Positions 11,813 to 25,452 of a stretch of DNA of 64,000 nucleotides are shown piece by piece (within the stretch, counting starts at the first letter, position 1; each line of letters starts with the position of its first letter). The DNA is from Antedon mediterranea (lineage: Eukaryota; Animalia; Echinodermata): NCBI RefSeq assembly GCF_964355755.1, contig NC_092675.1:15100912-15164911 (forward strand), read 5' to 3'. The translations under genes and the position numbers were made by a program. The notes beneath the pieces were generated by a model that worked only from the letters and a program-made list of their open reading frames with translations, was not told the DNA's origin and searched no databases.

Positions 11813-12455
11813 AATCACTCAGGCGCAGGATTGGTTAAAGCAAACAATCGCATAATATAGCAAATGATTAGCTATATTTGAAAATGCTTAAATAGCATTA
11901 ATAAAGCATCAAATAAGCAGAACATAGCATGTACACTTGCTTTAGCTCATGATTCAGCTACATGTGCTATTTCCGCTTAAGCATTTCATCAGCTATTGGC
12001 AAGAATCACTTATAGCAATTCTTAAGCAGTCAATAGCGTTCACTATGCTTAAGCAAATAATAGCATAATATAGCAAATTATTAGTTCTATTTGCTTGTAA
12101 GCATACTATAGCAATACTTAAGCAGTCAATAGTATTCACTATGCTTAAGCAAATAATAGCATAATATAGCAAATTATTAGCGATATGTGAAATGCTTAAA
12201 TAGCATTAATAAAGCTTCAAATAAGCAGCACTTTGCTTAAGCAAATAACATACTGCACTGCATTGCTGTGGTAACATGGAGCTAAACCATTCATGTGTGG
12301 AAATTAAAATCACCCTGCTTAAGCAGCTTATTCCGTTAAAACATCCAGTATCGCATTAAATTGCAAACTACATACATACAGTTTGCTGTTGGTAAAAGTT
12401 GGCCACCAACAATGCAGTGTTTAAGCCATAGAATAATTTTTGGAATTAACCTTCC
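11813..12455 (+). repeat. TAGC-rich degenerate repeat module preceding the 35-bp satellite
   Basis: Recurrent atagcaaat/gcttaagc motifs. Its start (aatcactcaggcgcaggattggttaaagc) matches the reverse complement of 54691-54720. Confidence 0.65.
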
Positions 12456-12459
12456 TTCT

Positions 12460-13586
12460 TGATGTTTTATTGGAGAGGCGTTTATTCAAATGAATACCAT
12501 CCTAATAATTATTAATACATTATTTAATTTAATCATCTTTTGAAACTAACTGCCGTGACAGAGTGGGCCCAAGAAGGCAGACATCTCGGTCCTAACGGGA
12601 CACAGGAAGATAGCCTACAGTTATTCCTGCAAGCTTACTCAATAAAACTCAGCTATCGGGATTTCACTCGAAAAATGTCTTATCATCAAATCTCCCTATG
12701 TAATTTTATAATACTATTTCCCACAATATATTCTGATTCTTTATGGCGTATATTTAATTTGATCTTGATTAATTTGCAGTATAATTCCTATTATTTAACT
12801 ACTGTACCTTCACACACGCGCGATATGTTTTAAAATAAACAAAAAACTGAAATGGCTATGATTAATGGCCAAATATATCTGGGTTTTTTTTCGTCTTCCA
12901 AAGGGACACTGTATTGATTGATGGAAAGTGCCTGTTTCCAGTCACCTTTAGAGTCAAATCTATTATTTTAACTGCTCCCTTGTGTTTAAAAGAGAGAAAA
13001 TATTTGAAACTAAGGTTGTTGCAAGGTGAACTTATCTTAAACCCGGAAATTACTTTGACCGGGAAGAATTGAAATTGAGAGGATATAGCAAATGATTAGC
13101 TATATTTGAAAATGCTTAAATAGCATTAATAAAGCATCAAATAAGCAGAAAATAGCATGTACACTTGCTTTAGCTCATGATTCAGCTACATGTGCTATTT
13201 CCGCTTAAGCATTTCATCAGCTATTAGCAAGAATCACTTATAGCAATTCTTAAGCAGTCAATAGCGTTCACTATGCTTAAGCAAATAATAGCATAATATA
13301 GCAAATTATTAGCGATATGTGAAATGCTTAAATAGCATTAATAAAGCTTCAAATAAGCAGCACTATGCTTAAGCAAATAACATACTGCACTGCATTGCTG
13401 TGGTAACATGGAGCTAAACCATTCATGTGTGGAAATTAAAATCACCCTGCTTAAGCAGCTTATTCCGCTAAAACATCCAGTATCGCATTAAATTGCAAAC
13501 TACATACATACAGTTTGCTGTTGGTAAAAGTTGGCCACCAACAATGCCGTGTTTAAGCCATAGAATAATTTTGGAATTAACCTTCC
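12460..13586 (+). repeat. Tandem duplication of 10851-12455 with internal deletions
   Basis: Near-identical at offset 1609 (ORFs 10931 and 12540). Lacks ~11474-11855 and one internal repeat unit. Confidence 0.9.
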
Positions 13587-15113
13587 ACCGATTTTACCCC
13601 AAAATTTAATGAAACCATTCAGTTATTAATATATTAGACCTTAAACCATTTGATATCATTCCAATTAATGCTCAAAATTGTATGGCTATATTTTAAAAGT
13701 GGTATACTCGTTAGGCGTTTTACATAAGGTGTTTTAAGTGGAAGGTGATTAAATCCTGGCAGTAAGCCTATACATCTTTACTGATGTTGTATACATCAGG
13801 AACATTTTGAATAAACTTTTCATCGATTTTACCCCAAATTATAATACAACCATTCAGTAGGTTCAGTTCATAGTTGAGATTATTTAGAGGGTTAGGTTCA
13901 GTTCATAGTTGAGATTATTGAGAGGGTTAGGTTGGTTAGGTACAGTTTATAGCCGAGGTTAATTAGAGGGTTTGGTTCAGTTGACAGTACAGATCAGATA
14001 TTATTTAGAGGGTTAAGTATAGATGAAACTTTGACAAATTATGAAAAGGGATGATTCAGTTGATAGTTGAGATTATTTAGAGGGTTAGGTTCAGTTGATA
14101 GTTGTGATTAATTAGAGGGTTAGATTCAGTTCATAGTTGAGATTATTTAGAGGGTTAGATTCAGTTGATACTTGAGATTATTTAGAGGGTTAGGTTCAGT
14201 TCATAGTTGAGATTATTGAGAGGGATAGGTCCAGTTCATAGTTGAGATTATTGAGAGGGGTAGGTTCAGTTCATAGGTGAGATTATTTAAAGGTTTTAGG
14301 TTGAGTTGATAGTTGAGATTATTTGAATTATTTAGAAGGTTTAGGTTCAGTTGATACTTGAGATTATTGTTGTTCAGTTGATAAATCAGATATTATTTAG
14401 AGGGTTAAGTATAGATGACACCTTGACAAATTATGAAAAGGGGTGATTCAGTTGATACTTGAGATTATTAAGACGGTTAGGTTCAGTTCATAGTTGAGCT
14501 TATTGAGAGGGTTAGGTTCAGTTCATAGTTGAGATTATTTCGAGGGTTATGTTCAGTCCATAGTTGAGATTATTTAGAGAGTTAGGTTCAGTTCATAGTT
14601 GAGATGATTTAGAGGGTTAGGTTCAGTTCATAGTTGAGATTATTGAGAGGTTAAGGTTCAGTTCATAGTTGAGATTATTTACATGGTTAGGTTTAGTTCA
14701 TAGTTGAGATTACTTAGAGGTTAGGTTCTGTTGGTAGTTTAGATTATTTACTGGGTTAGGGTCAGTTGATACTTGAGATTATTTAGGGGCTTAGATTCAG
14801 TTCATAGTTGAGATTATTTACAGGGTTAGAATTAGTTGATAGTTGAGATTATTTAGAGGGTTAGGTTCAGTTCATAGTTGAGATTATTTAGAGGGTTAGG
14901 TTCTGTTGATAGTTTAGATTATTTAGAGCGTTAGGTTCAGTTCATAGTTTGGATTATTTAGAGGGTTAGGTTAGGTTCATTTCATAGTTTAGATTATTTA
15001 GATGGTTAGGTTCAATTGAGAGTTGAGATTATTTACAGGGTTAGGTTCAGTTGATAGTTGAGATTATTTAGACAGTTAGGTTCAGTTCATAATTGAGATT
15101 ATTTAGAGGGTTA

Positions 15114-18100
15114 TAGTAGAGAGGCCAAATACACAAAAGTCCTCTATAAAAAGTTTGGGAGGCATTTTTTGTTAATAGCAGGCAACCATGTTGAATGTAT
15201 CCTTTGTGGGGTGACAAAAACGATAGGGGTGGATACCATCTTCAGTTTTGGGTTTTAAGGTCAGTTTATGTGGTCAAGAGGTCAAACAAGGTCAAAATAT
15301 AGGATTTTTTTTTATTCACGGAAAATCATCTACATCATCAGATCTATCCAAAAAGGTATATCTGAAGATCAACTGATGCTTCATATTATAGTAATTATGA
15401 GATAAACATTTAATTTTACACATAAAAACATAAGAAATTAAATATAAAAATGTCATTTTCTCAAAATGTTGTTTTCACATATTTCTGTAAAGTACACACA
15501 GTTTTTTAATAGGCTTTTCCCAGTCTTTTGTAAATTTGTCCTTTTCATGTTGTCCACCAGTCATCGTTTTGATTTTTGTCGGAAAAAATAGGTCAAGTGT
15601 TATTAGTATGAAACGCCATATGTGCCAAAAGATTGGTCTTTTACTATAATATTAATATTACCTATAATAATGTAATACAGTAATATTTAGAAATTTGTTT
15701 TTAGAAAAATTATTAATATTACCTATAATAATGTAATAATATTTATTTGTTTTTAGAAAAATTTAGAAAACAGAGACCCCCCTATATTACCTAATGTCGA
15801 GATGTTTTTGTTTGGGTCAGAGACCCCCTATAATGTAATTATTTAAACATTTTTTTCATTATTTCAATGATACAAGTTTTTATTGAAGTTTGTTGTTTCA
15901 AGAAATCTCGAAAGAAAAACCTGGGTATCGAGTCTTTGTTTTCAAAAACTCTAACTATTGAACTTTATCGAGGTTGGAAGGAGTGGTAAATGGGGACTTC
16001 TTCTTGAGGCCTTCGCATCTATGCTATCATGGCTGACGGTGATAACAAATATAAACTCCTTAAGTAATTAAGAAGTCCTTTATACACATGGATAAAGACG
16101 GTTTTAATGTTATTTACAAACATTACGTTACGTACTGTGTCCAGGTATGAAATCCATTTCTCCCAAAAAGTAAACGCACTTGAAGAGGACAACGTCATGC
16201 GACAAATCAAATTCCAGCTATCCATTCTTATTTATATGAAGATCGTTTAAAGTTTCTTGGCCTAACAACCCTGTATGACAGACGAATTCATGGTGACTTG
16301 ATTGAAAATTTTCAAAAGATTTCGAGGGTGTAGCCAAGGAAGACTTCCTTCAAATAAGATGCAATCTAAGCAGAAATACACGAGGACATCAGCTTAGACT
16401 TTTTAAACCTAAATTTCACAAAGGACTGATAGAAGATCCATTTTTTCACAATTAGTAATTATATATTTTAATAGTTTGCCAACCAAAGTCGTCATTTCTG
16501 AAACCACCAACACATTTAAAAACCGATTGGATTCGTTGTAGAAATGAGGTTAAAAGGGTAAACAAATTTACCTATCTAAACTATCAGAACCAATATTCTA
16601 AACACTGAGTGGATGATTGATCAATTCAAAATAGAATCATTGGTATAACAAGAAACGCTGTAATTCATTGATAGGTTCTGCATGACATGGTCAGACTGAT
16701 CACGAATCACACATAATACACAATATTCTTTCGAACTGACAGATGATAAGGAAGATCTTATATTCAAAATAACAACTTAATGAAAGAAAAAAAAACAGTA
16801 GAACTTAGAACTTCATGAGCCACTGAGAAAGCATCGCTCTAAACCTTTGCGGATTTCTATAAGGCAACTGTTTCGATAAAGTACATAAAAACTGACTTAA
16901 AATCTGCTGATCAACCATTGGAGTATGATCATAGCCCAATTTTAATATCTTTAACCAAATATGACTTCACATATCTTGATGGATGGCGTTGAAATATCCA
17001 CAGATGTTCCAGAAGAAAACTTACAATAAAAACATGATGGCCATGCACTATAGGATGCAGTAAACATGGCTGTAAACATTTGGTGACTATGCAAGTATTT
17101 ATGCAAGTTACCTAGATATTTCGTCATTTTGTTGTATTTGATCATTACATTGGAAAGGGGTGGATAAAAGCAGTGACACGATTGAAAGGATAGTCCCAAT
17201 GTACTAATCTGTACTTCCGTATGTGTTTTGGGCCACACTCATCGGTTTGGAGGTGAACAAATATCACACAGTTTTTAGACATTCTTTATGTCAATAACAA
17301 AGAGCTTGCAATTATACATGAAAGTTGATGTTAATAATGATATGCACTTTGTAACAGTAGCCTTCAAAAGTATGGACGATGTCTGGTATAGTGAACAATA
17401 AAGTGGTTGAAAACCTATTAAGAATAATCTAACCAGCTTCCATGCCATTACAGGTTGCAGCACGTCATTATTTGCTGGTTATGGGAAGAGGTCATACTGG
17501 AAATCATTTGTAACGCATCCACTCCTTGTAAATGGAATTGATTAAGATTAAGACTTTCCACGTACAGTGTACACTAAAGTTTAGTATTGCCAAATATATA
17601 TGGTACTCTTGAGCAGATAACTGTATAATAACAGACTACTCTTTGGTGCTACCTCCATCTAGACTCAGTGACCATATACCATTAACCCTAGTGATATATA
17701 TTTCCCTTAAATATTAAGTATTTCACTTCACTCAATAAATATTTAAGTACCTGTATTTCTACTTCGGGAAACACTTAAAATTAAAAAAACTCACCTATGG
17801 TGAATACAGATATCATAGAACCTAAACATACGAGCCAACTATCAGGCAGAGATCAGTATGTGGCCTAAATGAATCGGGTCGTTTGGAAGCCCCTAACCCA
17901 GTTGTCAGTTTGGAACTTGTTACATGTGTATGTAAACTAAAGAGCCAGATGAAGTTGTTACAGAAAGCATGCATATGTGGTTGTGATTCAATCGTTTGCC
18001 GTTACCCAGATGGCCAGTAGGCATTATATATCAGTGCTTGAAGAAATACCCACCTCAGAGCGTTACCTCCTTCCATCCCAGACAAATTTTGAATATTGGC

Positions 18101-18709
18101 ATGTGCCCATGCCGCCCATTACTCCCAACCCACAAATCCTCTGTGACCGTTTTTAAATGAAATTTAAGACATTCCAGTGGGCCTCCAATTTCGGTTATTT
18201 TGATACTCTAGGACTCATCCTCTCCATTCCTTGAACACCTTCCAGGAGTGACTCAAAAAGTTTAAAATCTTCCCAGTACAATTCTGGTCTTTTTGACACC
18301 ACACTATAACCATCAGCCAAAGGCTATCATGAAAATTATATTTATTTCAATTATTAATACCGATAATTAACAGGTCTGTGCTCTATTTTTTCTTATGACC
18401 TTGAAAATGACCTTTAAACTTGTAAGTTGAAAAATTGATGAACTTCACCATCTGCAGCAATATGTCAATAATGATCCAATAATGGTTACATTTCTTTTAA
18501 TTAGCTTATATGTTGTTGAAAACAGCTTAAACCTCTATTTTACCATATTTGACCTTATAACCTTGAAAATGACCTTTGACCTGAAATTTGAGAGCGGCAT
18601 CCACCCCTATCTTTTTTGTCATCCCATAAGGGATATATTCCACATGGTTGCCTGCTATTAACAGAAAATGCCCCCCATGATGAAAAAGCACACATTGGCC
18701 GCCCTACTA
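15114..18709 (+). mobile_element. Academ-like DNA transposon, degenerate
   Basis: TAGTAG...CTACTA termini with TSD TTA inside the satellite. Long imperfect subterminal IR (15161-15237 vs 18596-18672). Plus-strand remnants TFGDYA (17076), VVFDHY (17131) and FHAITGCSTSLFAGYGKRSYWK (17438-17503) resemble the Academ XPG-like region. Confidence 0.75.
16215..16560 (+). mobile_element. CR1 LINE 3' fragment nested in the Academ-like element
   Basis: YEDRLKFLGLTTLYDRRIHGDLIE...TRGHQLRLFKP...NSLPTKVVISETTNTFKNRLD. Confidence 0.85.
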
Positions 18710-18852
18710 TTAGGTTCTGTTGATAGTTTAGATTATTTAGAGCGTTAGGTTCAGTTCTTAGTTGAGATTATTTAGAGGGTTAGGTTCAGTTCATTGTTGA
18801 GATTATTTACAGGGTTAGGTTCAGTTGATACCTCAGATTATTTAGGGGGTTT

Positions 18853-19086
18853 GTAGAGCCCGCAAATGTAATAATTGTCCACATATGTAAAATTAACCGC
18901 AAATGTCAAAACATGTCTCCCTCAAATGTAAAATAACCGCAAATGTCATAGCATAATAACTGCAAATGTAAAAATAACCGCAAATGTGAAAAAAAATCTT
19001 GTGCAAATGTAAAAATCTACTTGAAATGTATACATAACACCTCGCCTACAAATGTGAACAATTTCATTTTTCCCTCAAATGTAGAG
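18853..19086. mobile_element. Short repeat-rich insertion (gcaaatgtaaaataacc units), probable MITE remnant
   Basis: Interrupts the satellite and contains about ten gcaaatgt-type motifs. Confidence 0.5.
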
Positions 19087-19427
19087 AGTTAGGTTCAGTT
19101 CATAGTTGAGATTATTTAGAGGGTTAGGTTCAGTTAATAGTTGAGAGTAGTATTGGAAACCTTTGGAGAAAACAAAAGAAATCTGTTGTATAAGAATTAT
19201 AGGAAAACAAAGGGTTTGCTAATTAAAATCCTAGGCTAACAAATGGGGTTTCTATAGGAGGAGCATAAGTACAGGGAAACAATAAGAAATCTACTTGATT
19301 AAAGTTAGGAAAACAAATGGGTATTAATTGGATTATACCAGGTGTGTTCGTAGAATGATGGAGGTCATGACAAGAGAAATCTAATTTTTATTAATTAATA
19401 GAATGTATAGTTTTAACAAAGCGGAAG

Positions 19428-20752
19428 TTTTGATATAGAGTGTATCACAGGTGTTTTACAATTACTGATAATACTCACAATGAGTGCTTTGTTTTTTTTC
19501 GAAAATAAGATTTAATCATAATATAAAAGAGGGAATTATAATTAAGAAACGATTGTTTGCTAGCATTTGCGTGATTTAATTGGTCAAAAGTAATAATACA
19601 GTTTGGAGCTCCCCTTGAAATTCAGGCGGGAATGTATGTAATGGATATGTTTTTTTCCGGAGAATGTGATGTTTGTGGGTTAAGACTAAAATCTTTTACG
19701 GTGATGACGCATGCTTCCAGTTCTGTGAATGTATTCAAAAAATATCCTTATGGTCATAATATTACATGCCTTGCTCATAACTATCAAGCTTATGATAGTT
19801 ACTTTGTAATGCGTTATTTGTATTCATGTGGTGTTGTTCCAGATGTCATAACTAAATAGTGGATTCTTTCTACTAAAATTAAGAGTACTACTATTCGTTT
19901 CATTGACTTGATTTTCTTATTTGGTACGAGCAGAGGCGAGGTGAAATGTTTGATTTAAAGCGTCAGCAAATTGATTATTGCGTTAGTGACGTGGACATTC
20001 TTAGGCGTTGTTGCTTATCATTTAGACACATATTCAAACGAGTAACTAGATCCTAGATCAGGAAGGGGTCGATCCGTTTTCTAACGGTTTAATAACCAAA
20101 GCCTCAGTCTGTAATTTTGTACTTTCTAGAAACATTTTGAAGCCGAATACAATTGCTCTTTTTCAACCAGCAGATTACTTAACTACAGAGACTCATTCTT
20201 TTGCCAGTATGGAGTGGTTAAGTTATGAATCAAAACGACGTGGAATCCATATTCAGCATGCTCATAATGGTAATGAGAAATGCTTCGGTAAGTTGATAGG
20301 GCTTCGTTTGAACCAAACTTCCTATTTGAATTTATTGGATGTTTATATCATGGCTGTATTAAGTGCTATCGTCCAAAAATGGTCTAAGCATGGCAGATTC
20401 ATAAAATCTTCTTATCTGAAACAGACGTTTCCTCAGTACTAGTATATTAACATTTGGAACAACATTAAGAAGTCCTTAAAACTACGGAATTAGCCGTCAT
20501 TTTTTATGTACCTGCTATTTATCCTACACTTAACCCTCGAGAACTTTTTTTGGAGTGAGAACCAATGCCGCTAGATTGTTTTACCAAGTTAAAGATGATC
20601 AGCAGATTAGCTATGTTGACTTCACTAGCCTTTATCCTTTTACAACAAATACGGAACATATCCGATCGGACATCATGAAAAGTTATCTTTTAAAGATACT
20701 CGTGAGTATTTTGGTCTGGTTCAATGCACAGTTAGTCCTCCAAAAAAGCTGC
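19428..20752 (+). pseudogene. Degenerate protein-primed DNA polymerase B (Polinton/Maverick-type)
   Basis: Motifs in order across frameshifts: ExoI FDIEC, ExoII TCLAHNYQAYDSYFV, ExoIII DYCVSDVDILRRCCLSFR, SMEWLSYES..IQHAHNGNEK, RTNAARLFY, motif A YVDFTSLYPF, YPIGH, YFGLVQCTVSPP. Contains stops and large deletions. Confidence 0.88.
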
Positions 20753-21406
20753 ACAGTATTTGTTACCCTACTGGTAATTTACCCGAACATTCCTCTCTCC
20801 AGACATAATTTATCATTACCTATCTATGTTGTCACATTTTATAATCATTTACGGCAACATACCGGTTTACCGGTTGATTTATCCCTTAAAATGCTGTTTT
20901 AAAGATTCATGCTTCATCGTTCGTTCCTACATAATTTCTAAATAAGTAGACTCATCTCCGTTCTACTTCCTGACAATTTACTTTATGAAATAACCCAGTT
21001 ATCTTTACATACCTATAAGACAATAATAACACACGATGTACAGTATTAATATTAGATGTCGAACCACAATGGCCGCATCACTCGTGTTATCGTCTTCTCA
21101 TAGTTTGGACGGTACCAATCGCTACGAGGGGTATTCCTTAAAAGTACAATTTTTTTAGGGAGCGCTATTTATATATCTTTATTTCAGACTATAACATCAT
21201 GATATAAATAACACACAGGAATTAAGCTGTGAAAAAAAAATATTTGTCATTATAATGATTGCAGTAATGTCCTCTATACAGTATACATTCAGTTTTTTTC
21301 ACTTGATATGCCAAGAGCAAAGTAAACATTCTTTAAGAAATTTTAGCCAACCAGGTGACAGCTTACGTAATTGACAGTGACGTGAATTATAGTGCTGTTT
21401 CAGTAT

Positions 21407-22181
21407 AGCCCCTTTCTCGCAGAGCTGTGTGCCAGGAATATTGCGGGAATATACCATTACCATGCCGGTATGGTTTTCTGTGAGAATGGCACATACCGGC
21501 ATCATGCCGGCATCGACATGACCTGCTTTAGACCTAGTAATATTCTAGGGATATTCCCCGCAATGCCAGACGGGCATTCTGTGAGAACGTAAGTCGCCGT
21601 TATATTCCGGGGTTATATTTAATTCCCCGTCGAGGCTTTGACACCTTGCGCGGTCAAGTGTATCACTTTGGAGCCGATTCAATTCATTTAAGCCTAACAA
21701 TAATAATGTCGAACTGGAGGGATAATGAGATAAGAGAGCTGCTTAAAATAAGGGGACAAGAAGAAATTTGTAGCATATTCTATAGACGCTTGCCTTGTAA
21801 ATTGTACAGCCTTCTAAGGTGTTTTACAGATTGCTGATGGCTAATTAATTGCTGTACCTGTATAATATATGCACAATATACTGTACATAGCATGTATTGC
21901 ATAAATATGCTATAAAGGAAGATAATAATCTGTGACTTATAATTCGCCGCCATATATCGCTAGACAAAAATAATAACAATAAAGGACGCCCTCAATAATT
22001 ATTTTGTCAGAGACTTTTTATTGGCCGAATATGCCCGACTCCTTTCTCACAGAAAGCCGGTATATTCCAGTTATATTTCCGGCACGATAGTCCGATGAGA
22101 ATGGGTATATGCCGGTAACGATACCGGCATGGCGCCAGCATCATACCGGTATATTGCAGGCACATCTGTGAGAAAGGGGCT
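21407..22181 (+). mobile_element. PIF/Harbinger-derived non-autonomous element
   Basis: TIR agcccctttctc.cag/ctgtgagaaaggggct with TSD TAT. Absent from the paralogous site (~30146). Carries the Myb/SANT-like remnant MSNWRDNEIRELLKIRGQEEI. Confidence 0.85.
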
Positions 22182-22416
22182 TATGAGAAACTCTCCGGCT
22201 CGACTCGCACAGGTCTTCACCGTGTTAAATTCGACTAAAATGAAACTATGCTTTGTCTTGTAATATTTCAGTTGATCGTAGGTCATAAAATAGGTGTATC
22301 ATCTAAATTCTGACTATATGAGATCCCTGGATATATTAGACATAAAGGAGGAATATACTTAACCATGTAGGCCTACATTATTAAGGTAACAATATCCTTA
22401 CAAAATATCATGCAAG

Positions 22417-23358
22417 ATGGAGCCATTGGCAATATATCTTCTCGAGCAGATAAATATAACTCGGCAAAACAGAGATGACTTTGTTTATTCGTCTGCTGAG
22501 CGAGTTATACTTATTGGAATAATACCATTTATAGTTTGTTTTGGTGTCATCAGTAATATTGGAGTTATAATCATGTTCTTAAAATTAAAATCAATGAGAA
22601 CAATTCCAAATGTCTATCTACTTTGTCTAGCAGTAGCTAACATGATGTTTTTGCTGAACGCACTGCTACTATATTATATTGGATAGAATATGCAAATAGC
22701 CCAATACAAGGCGTTCATCAATAACTAAAAGTTTCTGCACATTAAATACATTTATAAGTAGATACTATGGCAACCGTTTGGTGTTATATTGCTATTTGCC
22801 ATCCATTCTTCTTTATGACGTTTTCTCGTATAAGGCGATTGGACATTGTCTACCTTTGGTTTGTTGTTGCGGCATTCAACACGAGTCGTATATTCTATAT
22901 GAGAATGTTGGAATATCAGCTTATCTGGAATTAAACAGATGGATTCGAAAACGAAAACGTAACTGAAACCATTGTAACTGAAATTACAAGTTGTAAATAC
23001 TGTGAAAGTTGTTCATAATTATGACTGTCTACATTAGAGCAATTTATTTTACTTTCTGTCGCGTTGATTCTTATTTTTCTATATACACGTTTCATAATGA
23101 ACGAATGGTGTTAATAACCGTGTTTACATACATATTATACATCTGGACATTTCGACTCAGATATTTCGGACGTTCAAATTGGCAACAATTCAGTAATTGT
23201 CGGAATTGCCAGAGTCTTTACGTATATTAATTCCTCTATTAACTCGTTGATATACATCGTAACGCACGAAAAGTACCGCAATGTTGATGGTTATACGGTG
23301 TGAAAATGAAGCTGCTCGCCCATTGAGACGTCATAGTACGCGACAAACAGCTATCTAA
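22417..23358 (+). pseudogene. Class A GPCR pseudogene (paralog of 30330-31403)
   Basis: Near-identical start and end to the intact copy, but multiple frameshifts and deletions (TM3, ICL3, TM6-ECL3). The first frame stops at 22686. Confidence 0.93.
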
Positions 23359-25159
23359 TTATTTCAAAGAATATTATTGTTTTATTTGAAAAAAAACGGA
23401 CAACATGACAATTTAAAAAATCCTTTCTAATTGAAAAATTATTGTTTTACGTCAATAAACTTCTAGTGGTGGATCCGCCAAATGTATATTCCATAATATT
23501 CTGCAGCTGTTACAAACATCGATGTGTGCAAAAAAGAAAAAACACACATACGTGATGATAGGCCATTTATAATGTTTCAAGATAGTAACAATATAAGCAA
23601 ATATTGATAAATGCCAGCCCAGTGAAGATTTATTAGAACAACGACGGTAAACTGGTGCATACATCTCACATTGCATTCACATTTTTAAAAGTTGACATTT
23701 TTATTTGTTTACTAAATTAAATCATCTTGAATGTTGGTGCTAATAGATTTATGTGGATGCACACAATGTTGTTATTTTAGTATTTTAAAGTACAGTACAG
23801 TATGTAACAGGAAAAAATATACTTTGTTCACTAATCAGTTTCTCTATTTGCCAGAAAGTATGCAGCATAGACTAACCATTCTAGTTTCAATTTGATTTCT
23901 GGCTACTGTTGCCAACTATTCCCATAGAGACTACAATGTTGACATTACCTGCATCTTTACACTATAATGAGCAACTTAATTTCCTGAAATGAATCGATTA
24001 AACATGTTATTGTATATCATATTGTTACTGGTATCCGATAAATGACCAAACATTAATAATGAACAATAATTTTGTTTTAATATGAAAAAGTTAACACATA
24101 CCGTATTTATTAGAATAAACCCCTCCTCATTTAAATTGCTGATTGTATGGCTATGGTTTGCGGAAACGTCTCTGTCTTACCGCCCGTTGACTGTGTTCGT
24201 TGAGAAAAGACATTAATAGCGATAACCGTGAACTGCAGACTGCAGTTCTTGATGGACCGACCGCCAAGTTCTCTACAAACGTTCACATGTCAAAAATTCC
24301 TTTTAAATGAGAGCTGACAATACCGGTGAGAAGATATTAAATGAAATATGTCTATGCTATTAAAAAAAACTAACTTATAATTGTTTGTTTTGTTTTGTTT
24401 TATTATTTATTTTCCACACACAAAATATATAACATAGTATTAGTAATAAACATCATTTAGGTAGAAGAAAAAAACAGACAAACTAGTTAAATGTCTTATA
24501 TAAACCAAGTCAAGTATAGTGTGTGGATGGAGACCAAAATAAGTTTGATAACAAACTTTAAGGCATGGTCACCATTAAAAAAAAAAATCAGAGTCACAAA
24601 GAACAGTAGGCCTATGTGATACAAATGTTAATAATAATAAGCACCAAATAAGAAAAAAAGAGAAATGTAAAGCAAATATAGCAGTGAATTCATTGTAACT
24701 ATGATGAAAGCTGCTTCACAGCAGTACAACTTAATATCCAACTGGGACAAAGCATGTACAGTTACAATACTAATGTAGGTCTCTGTAGGCCTACTTGTAG
24801 GTTTCCCTGCGCCACAACCAACCCCTCCCATCCCCCATCTGATGGAAGATGCTGTTAAAAGATACCTATTAAAGTGCGCACGGTAATGTACGTGTTACAT
24901 TTCTTATGTTGTGTTTTTATTTTCCTTCTCGCGTTAGGCATGTGAACACCCCGTCGGTTTTTTTTTTTTTTTCTAGAAAGTAACTATATATAGGCCTACT
25001 ATACAAAAAGTATGGTTTATTTGGATTAACAAGCATATTACGTTAAATGATCACTATTTTTCAAACATTGGATTGGATCAGGTTTTGTTAAAATTAAGAA
25101 TATTATTATTGGTTTGTTATAAATTTCAATTAGCAAAATAAAAAAGCGGGCCAAACTAA

Positions 25160-25452
25160 TAATAATAATAATAATAGTTCATTCTTATATAGCGCATATA
25201 AGCAAGCTCTCAATGCGCTGAACATTATTAGCCCAGTCATTTTTTTGGATCAAACACGTATGGAAATATACTCCCATAATGCAGCTAGTAATCAGCGCAA
25301 AGTTGTGTCTTGATCTAGCCGGGTACCCATTTATACACCTGGGTGGAGAGAGGCAAACGTAAGTAAAGTATCTTGCCTAAGGATACAAGCAATTGGATTC
25401 GAACCTCGATCTGACAATCAGTAATCTAACGTCCAACACACTGCGCCCTCGC
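25160..25452 (-). mobile_element. tRNA-derived SINE with L2-type tail
   Basis: Minus strand: B box ggttcgaatcc, conserved body ccttaggcaag...ctccacccaggtgtataaatgggtacc, tail gcgctatataag...(tta)n. Absent at the paralogous site (~33830). Confidence 0.85.

Larger units (their letters stand above)
13857..19145 (-). repeat. 35-bp satellite array 1 (13857-15113, 18710-18852, 19087-19145), split by TE insertions
   Basis: Unit gttcagttcatagttgagattatttagagggttag, the reverse complement of the array at 40.7-51.3 kb. Confidence 0.95.

Noticed and set aside
10931-12833. Duplicated 97-aa ORFs (and the 66-aa pair at 42053/44031) as genes
   Set aside because: They start at non-ATG codons, show no recognisable domain, and lie in non-coding TE sequence duplicated locally.
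13857-15113. Interstitial telomeric repeat (GGGTTAGG)
   Set aside because: Only one telomere-like word per 35-bp unit and no (TTAGGG)n run.
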